Source of the DNA: an uncultured virus (IMG/VR IMGVR_UViG_3300025892_000017)
Taxonomy: Duplodnaviria; Heunggongvirae; Uroviricota; Caudoviricetes; Crassvirales
Reading direction: 5' to 3' (one strand)
IMG/VR virus record: IMGVR_UViG_3300025892_000017
DNA length: 64,000 bases
Below the pieces are notes generated by a model, which was given only the letters and a program-made list of their open reading frames with translations, was not told the DNA's origin and did not search any database. Positions 17,779 to 27,602 of this stretch are shown one piece after another; position 1 is the stretch's first letter; every line of letters starts with the position of its first letter. The position numbers were made by a program, and so were the translations under genes.

Positions 17779-20735
17779 TGGCAACGACGATACAAAATAT
17801 AGAGCTCCCGAAAAAACCTAGAGCGAGAGATACTTCGGGGAACAACAACCACGGTAAGATATACTCTGGTCGAGGGTTAGAGTTCGATGGGGTTGCGGAT
17901 TATTTGACAGCAGCGGCAAACCCAGATTTGATACTTGGAAAAACTAGTCACACTTTAACCGCGTGGTTTAAAACTGACAGAATAAGCTCTGATTACGATT
18001 ATATAGTAGCGATTGGTAATAACGCTATAGATAAAATGAGCTCTATAGGAGTACAACAAGGAAAGTTGTTTGCATCTAGATACTCTAACTCTGAACTGAC
18101 AACAAACGCTCATGTAGATATAGGTACCTGGTATAGATTTACTGCGGTAATAACAGAAGGTGAAACATATAACACTATTGATTTTTATTTAAACGGAGTT
18201 TTTGTGGAACAAAAAACCTCGTCCACGGCTTATAGCGTTGAAGTTGGTAAATTATCAGTGGGTGTTCACCTTGCGAATGCTATTAACTTTACAGGAGCTA
18301 TTAGTGACGTTCAGGTTTGGGATAAAGCTTGGACAGCTGCTGATGTGGCCTATGATTACGCCAACCCAGAATCTTTAGCGTTAAACGCTTCAGGTACAGC
18401 TTTAACCGAGAGTAACCTTAAGGTTTGGTACCCGATGCAAGATGGTCACAGAGGCCAGCAGTCGCATATTTTAGATGGGGCGAATACTGGACCTGTAGAT
18501 GAAAAAATAGTTAACGGAGATTTTAGTGCTGGATCGGCAAGTTGGACTGATGAGGGACATAATGCAGCTCCTCCTTTAGACGTGGCTACATTTAGCGCAA
18601 ACGGATTGACAATCACAACACTTAATGGAGATGGGAATAACAACCGCGTAAGTCAACCAGGTGTCGCGTATAGTGGTAAATCATACAAAGTGACTTACAC
18701 AATAGATTCAGCGAATCTAACAGGTTCAAATTCGTTACAATATTATAACGGCACAGCTTATGTTACAATACCAACTGCCATAACTGGAGTACCTCAAACG
18801 TTTATATTTACGAGTACGTCGGTTTCTGGGGTTTTGAATATTAGAGTGGTAACCAGTAACGGTTCAACAACCGACTTTGTAACTATAAGCAACATCTCAA
18901 TAAAAGCCATCAACGACAAACACCACGCGACAACGGTGTTTTTAGGGGATGAGATGATTGCTGATGCTAAAAATAGAACTGGATTTGGTAGCTCTGATTG
19001 GGCTGCTCACAATATAGCTGGTGGAAATGTTACCGTTGTTAGCGATAAACTGCAAGTTGTAACAGAAACAGATGCTGTCCCAGAAGGCGCTAAACTCGGT
19101 CCTACTAAATTTACCGACCTTGTTGCGGGTCGTACTTATAGAGTTTCAGTAGATTTACAACAGACAGGTGGCGCAACAACTCCATCTATGAAAATTGAGT
19201 TGGGTAGCACGGAAACATCACCTTTCACCATATCAGATTCAAGTGTTACTTACACAAAAGATATAGTGGCCGCAGATGATGACAACTTGATAATATACAG
19301 CAACTCTAGCTCATCGTCAACAACATTTACCATAGACAATGTTAGCATAAAAGAAGTCGGTGTAGCCTCAGGCTGGACAGACGCAGATCAGCAGTTACAT
19401 ATACCGCAAACGGCGTTGCAGTCGTATAACGAGTTGGCTTGGTTTGATGGAGAAGCGGATTATGTTGACATCAATCCAACGACAGCTATATGGAACGCTA
19501 GTGACGGTGAATGGAACTCCGTAAGTTGTTGGGTTAACGAAACTGGATTAGATTCAGGGATATTTTATTGGAGCGCAACCTTTAACCCTGGTCTGTATGT
19601 TAAAATTAGCGGTAGTAACCACTGGGTAGGTTATAATACTGCTAACGGAGAACTTTTTGGTATCAGTATAGCCTCTACTAGCATAGTTAATAAATGGAAT
19701 CATTGGGTTATGAACTTCAAAAGAAATAGTAATTCTGATGGCACTGTTATTAGTGGCTCAGACGTAGAGCTATTCTTAAATGGGGTAAAGCAAACTCTTA
19801 GCTACCTATCTGGATCTAATAGCAACGGGTGTGAGACAACCGCCACACAAAATATAGATCTAATGAGGGCTGGCACTTCGTATTATACTCAAGGCGTTAT
19901 AACGGAGACATCTGTATGGAAAGACCAATTAACTGATGCGGAAGTTTTAGAATTATTTAACGACGGGAAGGCTTTAGATGCTTTAACTCACTCTAACACT
20001 AATTTATCTGCTTATTGGAGAAACAACGGGTTAAGCGCTTGGACTAACTTAGTGGATCCAGGTACGAACGACGGTACCCCAACTAGCATCACCGAAACAA
20101 TATTAATCCCAGAAGGTGTAGATGCTACACGGGATTCGCAAGGGTTTCTTATGAATAGAGCTAGGAGTACTAGTAGTTTGAATTTCCCTGTTGATAAATC
20201 GTCGCAAACCCCCAGTTTAGATACTGGGTCATACGTGGAGGTAGGTGACCACTCTGGATTAACCTTTGGGACAGGAAACTTCTCTATGGAATGTTGGGTT
20301 AAACCTTCATACAGATCTAAAGGTTCTAGTAGTTTAAATACTATATTCACACTAGGCGGTCAAATAAACGACTCTGATAGCGCTGGTTTATGCACCTCTT
20401 CTGGGTCGATTCTCGCTTATATAGGAGGCGTGAGCATGTCGGAAGGATATAGCTCAAATAACTGGCACCATGTAGTAGCCACAAGGGAAGGCCTTGGCTC
20501 TGGTGAGATGAAGCTATATGTAAATGGCGCTGAAGAGGCAACGGGTACATCGGTAAACGGCACTGATAAATCCACAAATATCAATAATGCACATAATATA
20601 ACTATTGGTGCTGAGGATAATAGGACTAGAGGGTATGAAGAAGCCGTAGATAGTATTAAAGTATACAATAGAGCTTTAGACGAAACAGAAGTACTAAGAA
20701 ATTACAAAGCTACAAAAGGTAGTCACAGAAACTAG
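17778..20735 (+). CDS. Multi-domain LamG/CBM-like adhesin (head or tail fibre)
   Basis: Three LamG-like units (WYRFTAV, WNHWVM, WHHVVATR) and two IDNVSIK-type beta-sandwiches. Confidence 0.8.
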   Translation: MATTIQNIELPKKPRARDTSGNNNHGKIYSGRGLEFDGVADYLTAAANPDLILGKTSHTLTAWFKTDRISSDYDYIVAIGNNAIDKMSSIGVQQGKLFASRYSNSELTTNAHVDIGTWYRFTAVITEGETYNTIDFYLNGVFVEQKTSSTAYSVEVGKLSVGVHLANAINFTGAISDVQVWDKAWTAADVAYDYANPESLALNASGTALTESNLKVWYPMQDGHRGQQSHILDGANTGPVDEKIVNGDFSAGSASWTDEGHNAAPPLDVATFSANGLTITTLNGDGNNNRVSQPGVAYSGKSYKVTYTIDSANLTGSNSLQYYNGTAYVTIPTAITGVPQTFIFTSTSVSGVLNIRVVTSNGSTTDFVTISNISIKAINDKHHATTVFLGDEMIADAKNRTGFGSSDWAAHNIAGGNVTVVSDKLQVVTETDAVPEGAKLGPTKFTDLVAGRTYRVSVDLQQTGGATTPSMKIELGSTETSPFTISDSSVTYTKDIVAADDDNLIIYSNSSSSSTTFTIDNVSIKEVGVASGWTDADQQLHIPQTALQSYNELAWFDGEADYVDINPTTAIWNASDGEWNSVSCWVNETGLDSGIFYWSATFNPGLYVKISGSNHWVGYNTANGELFGISIASTSIVNKWNHWVMNFKRNSNSDGTVISGSDVELFLNGVKQTLSYLSGSNSNGCETTATQNIDLMRAGTSYYTQGVITETSVWKDQLTDAEVLELFNDGKALDALTHSNTNLSAYWRNNGLSAWTNLVDPGTNDGTPTSITETILIPEGVDATRDSQGFLMNRARSTSSLNFPVDKSSQTPSLDTGSYVEVGDHSGLTFGTGNFSMECWVKPSYRSKGSSSLNTIFTLGGQINDSDSAGLCTSSGSILAYIGGVSMSEGYSSNNWHHVVATREGLGSGEMKLYVNGAEEATGTSVNGTDKSTNINNAHNITIGAEDNRTRGYEEAVDSIKVYNRALDETEVLRNYKATKGSHRN

Positions 20736-20740
20736 ATAGA

Positions 20741-21106
20741 ATGGCACATTACGAATTATATGTATGTTTAAGGAAAGCGGATTATGAAGCCGCAGTACCT
20801 AGCGTGTTGCAACCTAAACTTGGTTGGAATAACTACACGTACGAAGCAGACGGAGAGACTATAAAAACTACAACAGCTTATACGCCAACTTGGAAAGAAG
20901 CTGCGTTTAAAGGCAAGCTAGGAGCTCCTAGAGAGAGTTTAGATGGAAACTTGATTATAGTTAAAGGAGAGTTTAGCTTACGCACAGGGGAGTTATCAGC
21001 GATCATAGCTTTAGGTAACGGACTTGCATATCCAAATAACTCTGTATTAACAAAGACAGAGGCACAAACATTAGCATCAGGTGAATTATTCACCGCATCA
21101 GAATAA
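20741..21106 (+). CDS. Hypothetical protein
   Basis: 121-aa ORF in operon context. Confidence 0.65.
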   Translation: MAHYELYVCLRKADYEAAVPSVLQPKLGWNNYTYEADGETIKTTTAYTPTWKEAAFKGKLGAPRESLDGNLIIVKGEFSLRTGELSAIIALGNGLAYPNNSVLTKTEAQTLASGELFTASE

Positions 21107-21109
21107 CAA

Positions 21110-21427
21110 ATGAAAGTTTGCAAATGCGAAAATAAAGATGAGTATAAGAAAGGGGGTAAGACTCCTGCATGGACACGTAAAGAAGGTAAGAATCCTAAAG
21201 GAGGATTAAACGCTAAAGGTGTAGCTTCTTATAGAAGGGCAAATCCAGGTAGCAAACTTAAGATGGCTGTAACGGGTAAAGTTAAAGCAGGGTCTAAAGC
21301 AGCTAAGAGGCGTAAATCCTTTTGTGCTAGAATGAGTGGAATGAAAGGGCCTATGAAAAAACCAAATGGCAAACCTACAAGAAAGGCTTTAGCTTTACGT
21401 AAATGGCGTTGCAGAAAGAAAAGTTAA
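21110..21427 (+). CDS. Highly basic small protein (DUF6321-like)
   Basis: PAWTRKEGKNPKGGLNAKG...RKSFCARM...ALRKWRC. Confidence 0.7.
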   Translation: MKVCKCENKDEYKKGGKTPAWTRKEGKNPKGGLNAKGVASYRRANPGSKLKMAVTGKVKAGSKAAKRRKSFCARMSGMKGPMKKPNGKPTRKALALRKWRCRKKS

Positions 21428-21615
21428 TGAAACCTGTTAAGAAAAATATAAAATTAAAGATATCTAACAAGAAGGTAGAAGTTTCTCCACCTAAAGGTTA
21501 TCATTGGATGGAAGAGCAAGGTAGGTATTACCTTATGGAGGGTTCTTATGCGCCTCACCCTAAAGCTGTAGAAAAAGCAATGTTCAAGCTTTCTAGTCAT
21601 GGCAAAGGTAATTAA
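21427..21615 (+). CDS. Small basic protein (PPKGYHWM motif)
   Basis: TAATG-coupled start at 21427. Confidence 0.6.
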   Translation: MKPVKKNIKLKISNKKVEVSPPKGYHWMEEQGRYYLMEGSYAPHPKAVEKAMFKLSSHGKGN

Positions 21616-21772
21616 GAAATATAAAAAAGGCGGTAAGTCTAGCAGTAAAGACGCTTGTTATCACAAAGTAAAATCTAGATATAGCGTTTGGCCTTCTGCA
21701 TACGCATCTGGCGCTTTAGCTAAGTGCCGTAAAGTTGGTGTTGCAAATTGGGGGAATAAGAAAAAGAAGTAA
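21599..21772 (+). CDS. 57-aa basic protein MAKVIKKYKKGG...KDACYHKVKSRYSVWPSAYASGAL (not in the ORF track)
   Basis: Open from 21599 to TAA 21772 and coupled to the next gene; WPSAYASG motif recalled from marine phage proteins. Confidence 0.7.
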   Translation: MAKVIKKYKKGGKSSSKDACYHKVKSRYSVWPSAYASGALAKCRKVGVANWGNKKKK

Positions 21773-22026
21773 TGCCTAAAGTTCGTAAAACGAAAAAAGG
21801 CTTAGCTTTAAAAAGGTGGTTTAAAGAAAAATGGAGAACCCCTAGAGGTAAGAAAGGATATAAAGGTAAAGACAGAACATTTAGACCTACAAGAAAGGTT
21901 TCATCAAAAACCCCTGCAACCTGGTCTGAGTTAAGCGCTTCAGAAAGAGCTAGGGCTGCGAAAGAAAAACGGACTAAAGGAAGGGTATCTAGATATAAGA
22001 CTAGGAAAAAAAAGACAAAGAAATAA
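21772..22026 (+). CDS. Highly basic small protein (DUF5872-like)
   Basis: LKRWFKEKW...RPTRKVSSKTP. Confidence 0.65.
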   Translation: MPKVRKTKKGLALKRWFKEKWRTPRGKKGYKGKDRTFRPTRKVSSKTPATWSELSASERARAAKEKRTKGRVSRYKTRKKKTKK

Positions 22027-22030
22027 TACT

Positions 22031-22038
22031 TATATTTG
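22031..22038 (+). promoter_or_regulatory. Bacteroidota-type -7 promoter element (TATATTTG)
   Basis: TAnnTTTG at the head of the capsid operon. Confidence 0.6.
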
Positions 22039-22057
22039 CATATAAATAAATCTTAAA

Positions 22058-22489
22058 ATGGCTACGATCACCGCAACAATAAATCTCACTAGTCCAGATA
22101 TTACTGGGGACCCTTTGAATCTCAGTAAGACATCTGTATTAAACAAAGCTGCAACGGCGACAGGTTTGGATCAGTTTACTGGGATTACTACTGTAGTATA
22201 TGCAGCGGCTCAAACAGCAAGGTGTATAGTATTAGCTGATGCTGCTAGCGGTCTTTCTGGATATGCTGATACTTCAGTAGCTCACAAAGTGTATATAAAG
22301 AACTCATCTACAGGATCTAGCGATTTTGTAACAGTGGAGCTTGGGGGTAGTAATGTTTTAATGGGTAGGCTTTACCCAGGAGACTGGTGTTTTTTCCCTT
22401 ATGACGGAACTTTAGATATAGATATTGATACTAGTGCAGCTAACATGAAGGTTGAATACGGTGTTTTCTCTCAATCAACCGCATCGTAA
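22058..22489 (+). CDS. Putative capsid-accessory protein, paralog 1
   Basis: KVYIKN...GRLYPGDWCFFPY. Confidence 0.6.
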   Translation: MATITATINLTSPDITGDPLNLSKTSVLNKAATATGLDQFTGITTVVYAAAQTARCIVLADAASGLSGYADTSVAHKVYIKNSSTGSSDFVTVELGGSNVLMGRLYPGDWCFFPYDGTLDIDIDTSAANMKVEYGVFSQSTAS

Positions 22490-22500
22490 TAATATAAAAC

Positions 22501-22917
22501 ATGGCAACCACAACAGCAACATTAATCCTAAGTAGCGCAGACGTTACAGGTCACAACTTTAGTATGACTCAAACGGCCACTTTAACTAGAGCCGCTTCTT
22601 CAACAGGATTAGACGAATTTACAGGCATTACCAGTAGAAAATATTCCGCAGCACAGACCGATACGGTAGTTGTAGCTGATAGTATATATGTACACTCAGG
22701 CTCTGCTGTAGCTCATAAGGTTTACATTAGAAATACAAGCACAGGAAACAGTGACTATATTTTAGTTGAGCTTGAGGGAAATATTATAATAGGACGTCTT
22801 TATCCTGGTGACTGGATGTTTATTCCTTACGGGGGAACTTTAGACGTTCAGGTAACTACTATAGCTACAAACGTAAGTATAGAGTACGGGGTCTTCTCTC
22901 AATCAACGGTATCGTAA
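22501..22917 (+). CDS. Putative capsid-accessory protein, paralog 2
   Basis: KVYIRN...GRLYPGDWMFIPY. Confidence 0.6.
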   Translation: MATTTATLILSSADVTGHNFSMTQTATLTRAASSTGLDEFTGITSRKYSAAQTDTVVVADSIYVHSGSAVAHKVYIRNTSTGNSDYILVELEGNIIIGRLYPGDWMFIPYGGTLDVQVTTIATNVSIEYGVFSQSTVS

Positions 22918-23648
22918 TGGCAAGAACGGCAACTACAACAGTAAGTTTTTCATTATCTAGTTCTGATTTAACTAGTAGCGCTCTTAATATAAGCGCTTCT
23001 CAACAGTTAAAAAAAGCTGGGAGTAGACTTGGTTTGTCTCAAACTACAGGGTTGGCCATTAAAACTACTTCTTCTGCAAGCGCAGCAGTTATTACTGCAG
23101 AGCCTTTATTCAGAGGTGATGGTGCTGCTGTTGACAAAGCGAACAAAGTTTATTTAAGAAACCTTTCTACAATTGACTCTGAGTACTTTACAGTATACAT
23201 TGATCAAGAAGAAATGGGGAGGCTTTACGCAGGAGATTTTGCGTTCTTCCCTTGGAAAGCTGCAAGTGGAACCAAAGAAACTTTTATTGTCACTTCAGCT
23301 GGAACGGTTGCCGCTGGAGACTCTTGGGATTTTGACGGTGTTACTACTGTAAGTGCTGACTCAAACTCCAACAATTTTGCAGCAGCTGTTAATGCTCAAT
23401 TTTATCCTAACTGGACGACTACGGTTTCTACAGCAGCGGTAACATTTACTGCTAGGCAAGCTGGAGCAGCAGGAGTTGTAACAGGATCTACAGCTATAAC
23501 AGGGGACACTATAACAGACTTAGCTGGCTCTGATTTAACTATGGCTATAACTAGCGCTGCAGCAGGAACCAGATCAGAATCTGACATTTTTGTAAAACCT
23601 AGTGTTCATACCGAGATGTCTATAGAAAACATGTTAATACACGAATAA
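22917..23648 (+). CDS. Putative capsid-accessory protein, paralog 3 with inserted domain
   Basis: KVYLRN...GRLYAGDFAFFPW followed by an A/T-rich insertion. Confidence 0.6.
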   Translation: MARTATTTVSFSLSSSDLTSSALNISASQQLKKAGSRLGLSQTTGLAIKTTSSASAAVITAEPLFRGDGAAVDKANKVYLRNLSTIDSEYFTVYIDQEEMGRLYAGDFAFFPWKAASGTKETFIVTSAGTVAAGDSWDFDGVTTVSADSNSNNFAAAVNAQFYPNWTTTVSTAAVTFTARQAGAAGVVTGSTAITGDTITDLAGSDLTMAITSAAAGTRSESDIFVKPSVHTEMSIENMLIHE

Positions 23649-24055
23649 TGGGGAATCTTAGAGTAGGTTTATCTTTGAATAGCACGGACTTGTTGTCAAG
23701 TGCTTTAAATATCTCTGTAGCTACATCTTTAATAGTAGACTCAGGAAGCCTTATTAGAGCTAAAGTATTAGGTACAGTAGAAGACACTAACGATTTAGCT
23801 ATATATATAGTTAATCAGTGTAGCGATAGAGCGTACTTATATATAAAGAACTTAGATTCTCAATTAGAGAATTACATATACATACATAACGACACAGATA
23901 CTGGATTGGTAGCAAAGGTTGGTGGTGGAGAGTTTGCTTTTATTCCTGTCGCAGTAGATAAAAAGTACGAAGTGTATGGTACTAAAGTAGACACATTAAT
24001 CGAGTACGGGGTATTCGGAAACGATAATTCAGCTGCACCATACGGTGGAAGCTAA
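23648..24055 (+). CDS. Putative capsid-accessory protein, paralog 4
   Basis: YLYIKN...GGEFAFIPV...IEYGVF. Confidence 0.55.
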   Translation: MGNLRVGLSLNSTDLLSSALNISVATSLIVDSGSLIRAKVLGTVEDTNDLAIYIVNQCSDRAYLYIKNLDSQLENYIYIHNDTDTGLVAKVGGGEFAFIPVAVDKKYEVYGTKVDTLIEYGVFGNDNSAAPYGGS

Positions 24056-24067
24056 TAATATAAAGAC

Positions 24068-24409
24068 ATGGCAACATTAGCAAATCAAGGGGTAGCAACT
24101 CAAGCATCCTTCGGACAACTCGGAAGTGGATTTATTGACAGCACTGATAGCTTTGTCCCAGTTGAAGGGAGTGTAGTTGTAGCTATAACGTGCTTAGCAG
24201 ATACAGTTTTTGACGTTTTAACCGCAGAAGATCCAACTACATGTTTTAATTTAAGCTCTGCTAGTACAGGGGCAGGAGCAGGAGCAGGCACGATTGACAC
24301 TTCTAATATATTCCCACAAGGGATTACTATTTACGGGCGATGGACACACGTTGGGATTACAGATGACTCTGCAGGCGGGGTTATATGTTACCTCGGACCA
24401 GCAAAATAA
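24068..24409 (+). CDS. Putative structural protein
   Basis: FPQGITIYGRW...GVICYLG; inside the capsid operon. Confidence 0.5.
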   Translation: MATLANQGVATQASFGQLGSGFIDSTDSFVPVEGSVVVAITCLADTVFDVLTAEDPTTCFNLSSASTGAGAGAGTIDTSNIFPQGITIYGRWTHVGITDDSAGGVICYLGPAK

Positions 24410-24430
24410 AAAACAACTTAATTTAATATA

Positions 24431-25612
24431 ATGGATAATAACGAGCAATTTGAAAAAGTGGAGATCTTTGATACTCCCCAAGAGCTTGCTGCCTCTATGC
24501 AGGCGGACGCACAAACTACAACTACAGAAGAGGCTCCACAACAGGAGTCTCAGCCAGTTGAAGAAACTTCTACCCCAGAGGTAACTCAGGAGGCAACTCC
24601 AGAAAGTGAACCTCAGGTAGAATCAACACAGGAACAGACTTCTGAGCCTGTACAAGAAGAAGAAAGTAAATATCAAGCGACAACGGATGATCTTATTGAT
24701 TATCAAGCGTCAACAGATAACAATGATAATACAACTCAACAGTATTCTGATAATGACATAGAATCGGCTGTATTTAACTACGTAAGCGAAAGGCTAGGAC
24801 GCGAGGTTAAATCATTTGACGAATTTAGTCAACCACAGAACGCTATGGATGAAAGGATTCAAAAGATCGCGGAGTTTGTGCAAAACACAGGCCGCGCTCC
24901 TGAAGACTGGTTCAAGTATCAGTCGTTAAACCCATCTGAAATGGATGACTTAACGGCGGTGAGGATTAAATACTCACAAGATTACCCAGACCTAAACTTC
25001 AACGAAATCAATACTCTAATTAGCGCGAAGTATAAGATGAATCCTGATGAGTTTAGTGAAGATGATATCAAGGTCTCGGCTTTACAGCTAAAGATTGATG
25101 GTACAGACGCACGTAAGAATATTGAAGAGATACGCAATACTTACGCCGCACCTATCCAAAAAGAAACATCTGAACAACCAAAAGAATCTTACTTTACTCA
25201 AGATTGGATGAATAATATGCAAAGAGAAACATCTAGTTTCGAAGGCTTAGAATTTGATTTAGGGAACGGAAAGAACTTTAACTTTGGTGTAGGGGAAAAC
25301 TACAGAAAGACTCTAGTTGACTCTCATCAGAATGCTGAGAATTATTTAGACAGGTATAAAGACACCAATGGAAATTGGGATTACGATACCTTTAATTCTC
25401 ATCAAACGCTTATTGATAATATCGACAACATCGTCGCTTCGGCGTATCGTCAAGGTATGGGAGATGGGCAGAGAGGTTTAGTAGATAAGGCGGCTAACGT
25501 CTCTTCTGGTACACCTTCTCAAGCTCCAAATCAGAACACTAATAGTTCTTTAGCGGAGCAAGTAAAGAGCATCATGGGGGCTAACTCCAATAAGATGACA
25601 TTTAACATTTAA
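24431..25612 (+). CDS. Putative capsid scaffolding protein
   Basis: Acidic, E/Q/T-rich disordered N-terminus; immediately upstream of the capsid gene. Confidence 0.6.
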   Translation: MDNNEQFEKVEIFDTPQELAASMQADAQTTTTEEAPQQESQPVEETSTPEVTQEATPESEPQVESTQEQTSEPVQEEESKYQATTDDLIDYQASTDNNDNTTQQYSDNDIESAVFNYVSERLGREVKSFDEFSQPQNAMDERIQKIAEFVQNTGRAPEDWFKYQSLNPSEMDDLTAVRIKYSQDYPDLNFNEINTLISAKYKMNPDEFSEDDIKVSALQLKIDGTDARKNIEEIRNTYAAPIQKETSEQPKESYFTQDWMNNMQRETSSFEGLEFDLGNGKNFNFGVGENYRKTLVDSHQNAENYLDRYKDTNGNWDYDTFNSHQTLIDNIDNIVASAYRQGMGDGQRGLVDKAANVSSGTPSQAPNQNTNSSLAEQVKSIMGANSNKMTFNI

Positions 25613-25632
25613 AACAAAAAAACTAAGAAAAA

Positions 25633-27054
25633 ATGGCTACATTAGGAAGTACAAGAGGTACAGATCTACCTAATATTGATGGAGCAGCAGGTTCATTTAG
25701 AATCTCTCCTGAATCATACACAACAGTAGATTCTCTTATTAAAACAACTAAAGATGAGGTAATGCCTAACCTCGTTGAGACTTACGGTGATCAAGGTATT
25801 ACTGGATTTCTTAAACTAACAGGGGCAATTAACAGCGGCGGATCGTCTGACCAGATTGACTGGTGGGAGGCAGGTCGTCGTCACAAAGCTTTTGATTATA
25901 CCGCTTCTTCGGACATCGTTTTGTCTGGCGGAAATTTGACGATTGCTGAAACGAGTACAAATGGTGCTCTTCTGTGTGCTGGCGTTCAAAAGAACGACGT
26001 ATTAATGGATTCAGATACTGGAACTCGTTATATCGTTCAAGCTGGTGGATTTGGAACAGGAAGTGCTGTTGCTGTAGTTCTAGTAAAGCTAGACGGAGGT
26101 CAGGCTGCTGCTACAACAAACTACGGGGCTACAGGTAAATTTATCGCTCTAGGTAACATGTATGCTCAAGGAACAAACCAACCTACTGCATTCCAAGATT
26201 TTAATGCTGTAAGAAAGTCTAATCCATTTATGATCGTTAAAGATCGTTACGAGGTTAACGGATCACAGGCTACGAATATCGGTTGGGTAAACGTAGGTGG
26301 TGGTGAGTACCGCTGGTTTATGAAGGGTGAGCAAGAAGCTCGCGCTCGTTTCGAGGATCGTCGTGAAATGATGATGCTTTTAGGTGAGTTACATGACGCT
26401 TCGTCGTCAACAGGTTTAGCTTTAGGTAATGACATCGCTGGATCTGAAGGTTACTTCGCAGCTATCGAGGATCGTGGAATCCAAGTGTCTAACGCAAACG
26501 CTAACCCACTAGATTCATTCTCTGAGTTCGATGATATCATCATGGAGCTTGATAAGCAAGGTGCACCTTCTGAGTACGCTATGTACGTGAACAGAAAGCA
26601 AGACCTAGCTATCGACGATATGTTAGCATCAGGTATTGCAACAGGTGTTACTGCTGGTTTACCAGGACAGTTCGGGGCATTCAATAACTCAGCTGATATG
26701 GCTGTAAAGCTTGGATTTAAATCTTTCACACGTGGAGGGTATACATTCCATAAGCACGATTGGAAGCTATTGAACGATCCTACTCTTCTAGGCGCATCTA
26801 ACTACGTACAGGGGGCTATGATTCCTTTGTCGCAGGTTACAGACGCACGTAGCGGAATGAAGGCACCAGCCTTAGCTATGTACTACAAGGAAGCAGGTGG
26901 GTATAACCGTGAGATGGAGCACTGGGTAACTGGTAGCATCTTGGGTCATACTAACAACGGAGATGTAGGTACAGACAACGCTGTCTTCCACTACCGTTCT
27001 GAGATTGCTCTTTGTACACGCGCAGCTAACCAGCACGTAATGATTAAGGGTTAA
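25633..27054 (+). CDS. Major capsid protein
   Basis: 473 aa after the scaffold; IDWWE, GSQATN and GSEGYFAAIEDRG motifs; C-ending codon bias typical of high expression. Confidence 0.8.
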   Translation: MATLGSTRGTDLPNIDGAAGSFRISPESYTTVDSLIKTTKDEVMPNLVETYGDQGITGFLKLTGAINSGGSSDQIDWWEAGRRHKAFDYTASSDIVLSGGNLTIAETSTNGALLCAGVQKNDVLMDSDTGTRYIVQAGGFGTGSAVAVVLVKLDGGQAAATTNYGATGKFIALGNMYAQGTNQPTAFQDFNAVRKSNPFMIVKDRYEVNGSQATNIGWVNVGGGEYRWFMKGEQEARARFEDRREMMMLLGELHDASSSTGLALGNDIAGSEGYFAAIEDRGIQVSNANANPLDSFSEFDDIIMELDKQGAPSEYAMYVNRKQDLAIDDMLASGIATGVTAGLPGQFGAFNNSADMAVKLGFKSFTRGGYTFHKHDWKLLNDPTLLGASNYVQGAMIPLSQVTDARSGMKAPALAMYYKEAGGYNREMEHWVTGSILGHTNNGDVGTDNAVFHYRSEIALCTRAANQHVMIKG

Positions 27055-27096
27055 TCGTTAGACAATCTATTTACTAACTTTTAAAACTTAAAAATT

Positions 27097-27534
27097 ATGG
27101 CTACATTTAGACACGCAACCCCAGGATCAATTGTCTCTTCAAAGAGAGTTATTGTATCTGATGCGGTTACCTCTGACGGTGACACAAAGTTTACTATTGA
27201 GCAACCAGCAAATTCAGCAATTCACAAAGTTATTGTTAGAAACCTTGACGTCCTTACGTTTGACACCAACGTTACCTTGAAGGTTTCGTGTGGAACTCAA
27301 CTCGACGGCACTGAGGTTTTTGGCTTTGACAATTTGATTGGTGGATCTGCCTTAACCTTGGCTGCTAACACATTGCTTGTTCCTACAATTACTGCGGGCG
27401 TAAGCGATGCTGATACTGGATCGGTTGTAACTGACGAAAGAGATCTACACTTTACCCTAAACGCCAACCAGACTCTAACTGCGACTGGTAACGGTAAAAT
27501 TGAGTTCACTGTTGTTTACAGAATCTTCGACTAA
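27097..27534 (+). CDS. Putative capsid decoration protein
   Basis: Beta-rich; directly after the capsid gene and before a hairpin. Confidence 0.5.
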   Translation: MATFRHATPGSIVSSKRVIVSDAVTSDGDTKFTIEQPANSAIHKVIVRNLDVLTFDTNVTLKVSCGTQLDGTEVFGFDNLIGGSALTLAANTLLVPTITAGVSDADTGSVVTDERDLHFTLNANQTLTATGNGKIEFTVVYRIFD

Positions 27535-27542
27535 CGTAAATT

Positions 27543-27560
27543 GGGCTTCGGCCCTCTTTA
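27543..27560 (+). terminator. Short hairpin GGGC-TTCG-GCCC, weak terminator or stabiliser
   Basis: cUUCGg tetraloop followed by TCTTT. Confidence 0.5.
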
Positions 27561-27602
27561 CACTTAACTTTTTAAAAACAAAAAAAATAATAATAAGAAA
27601 AT

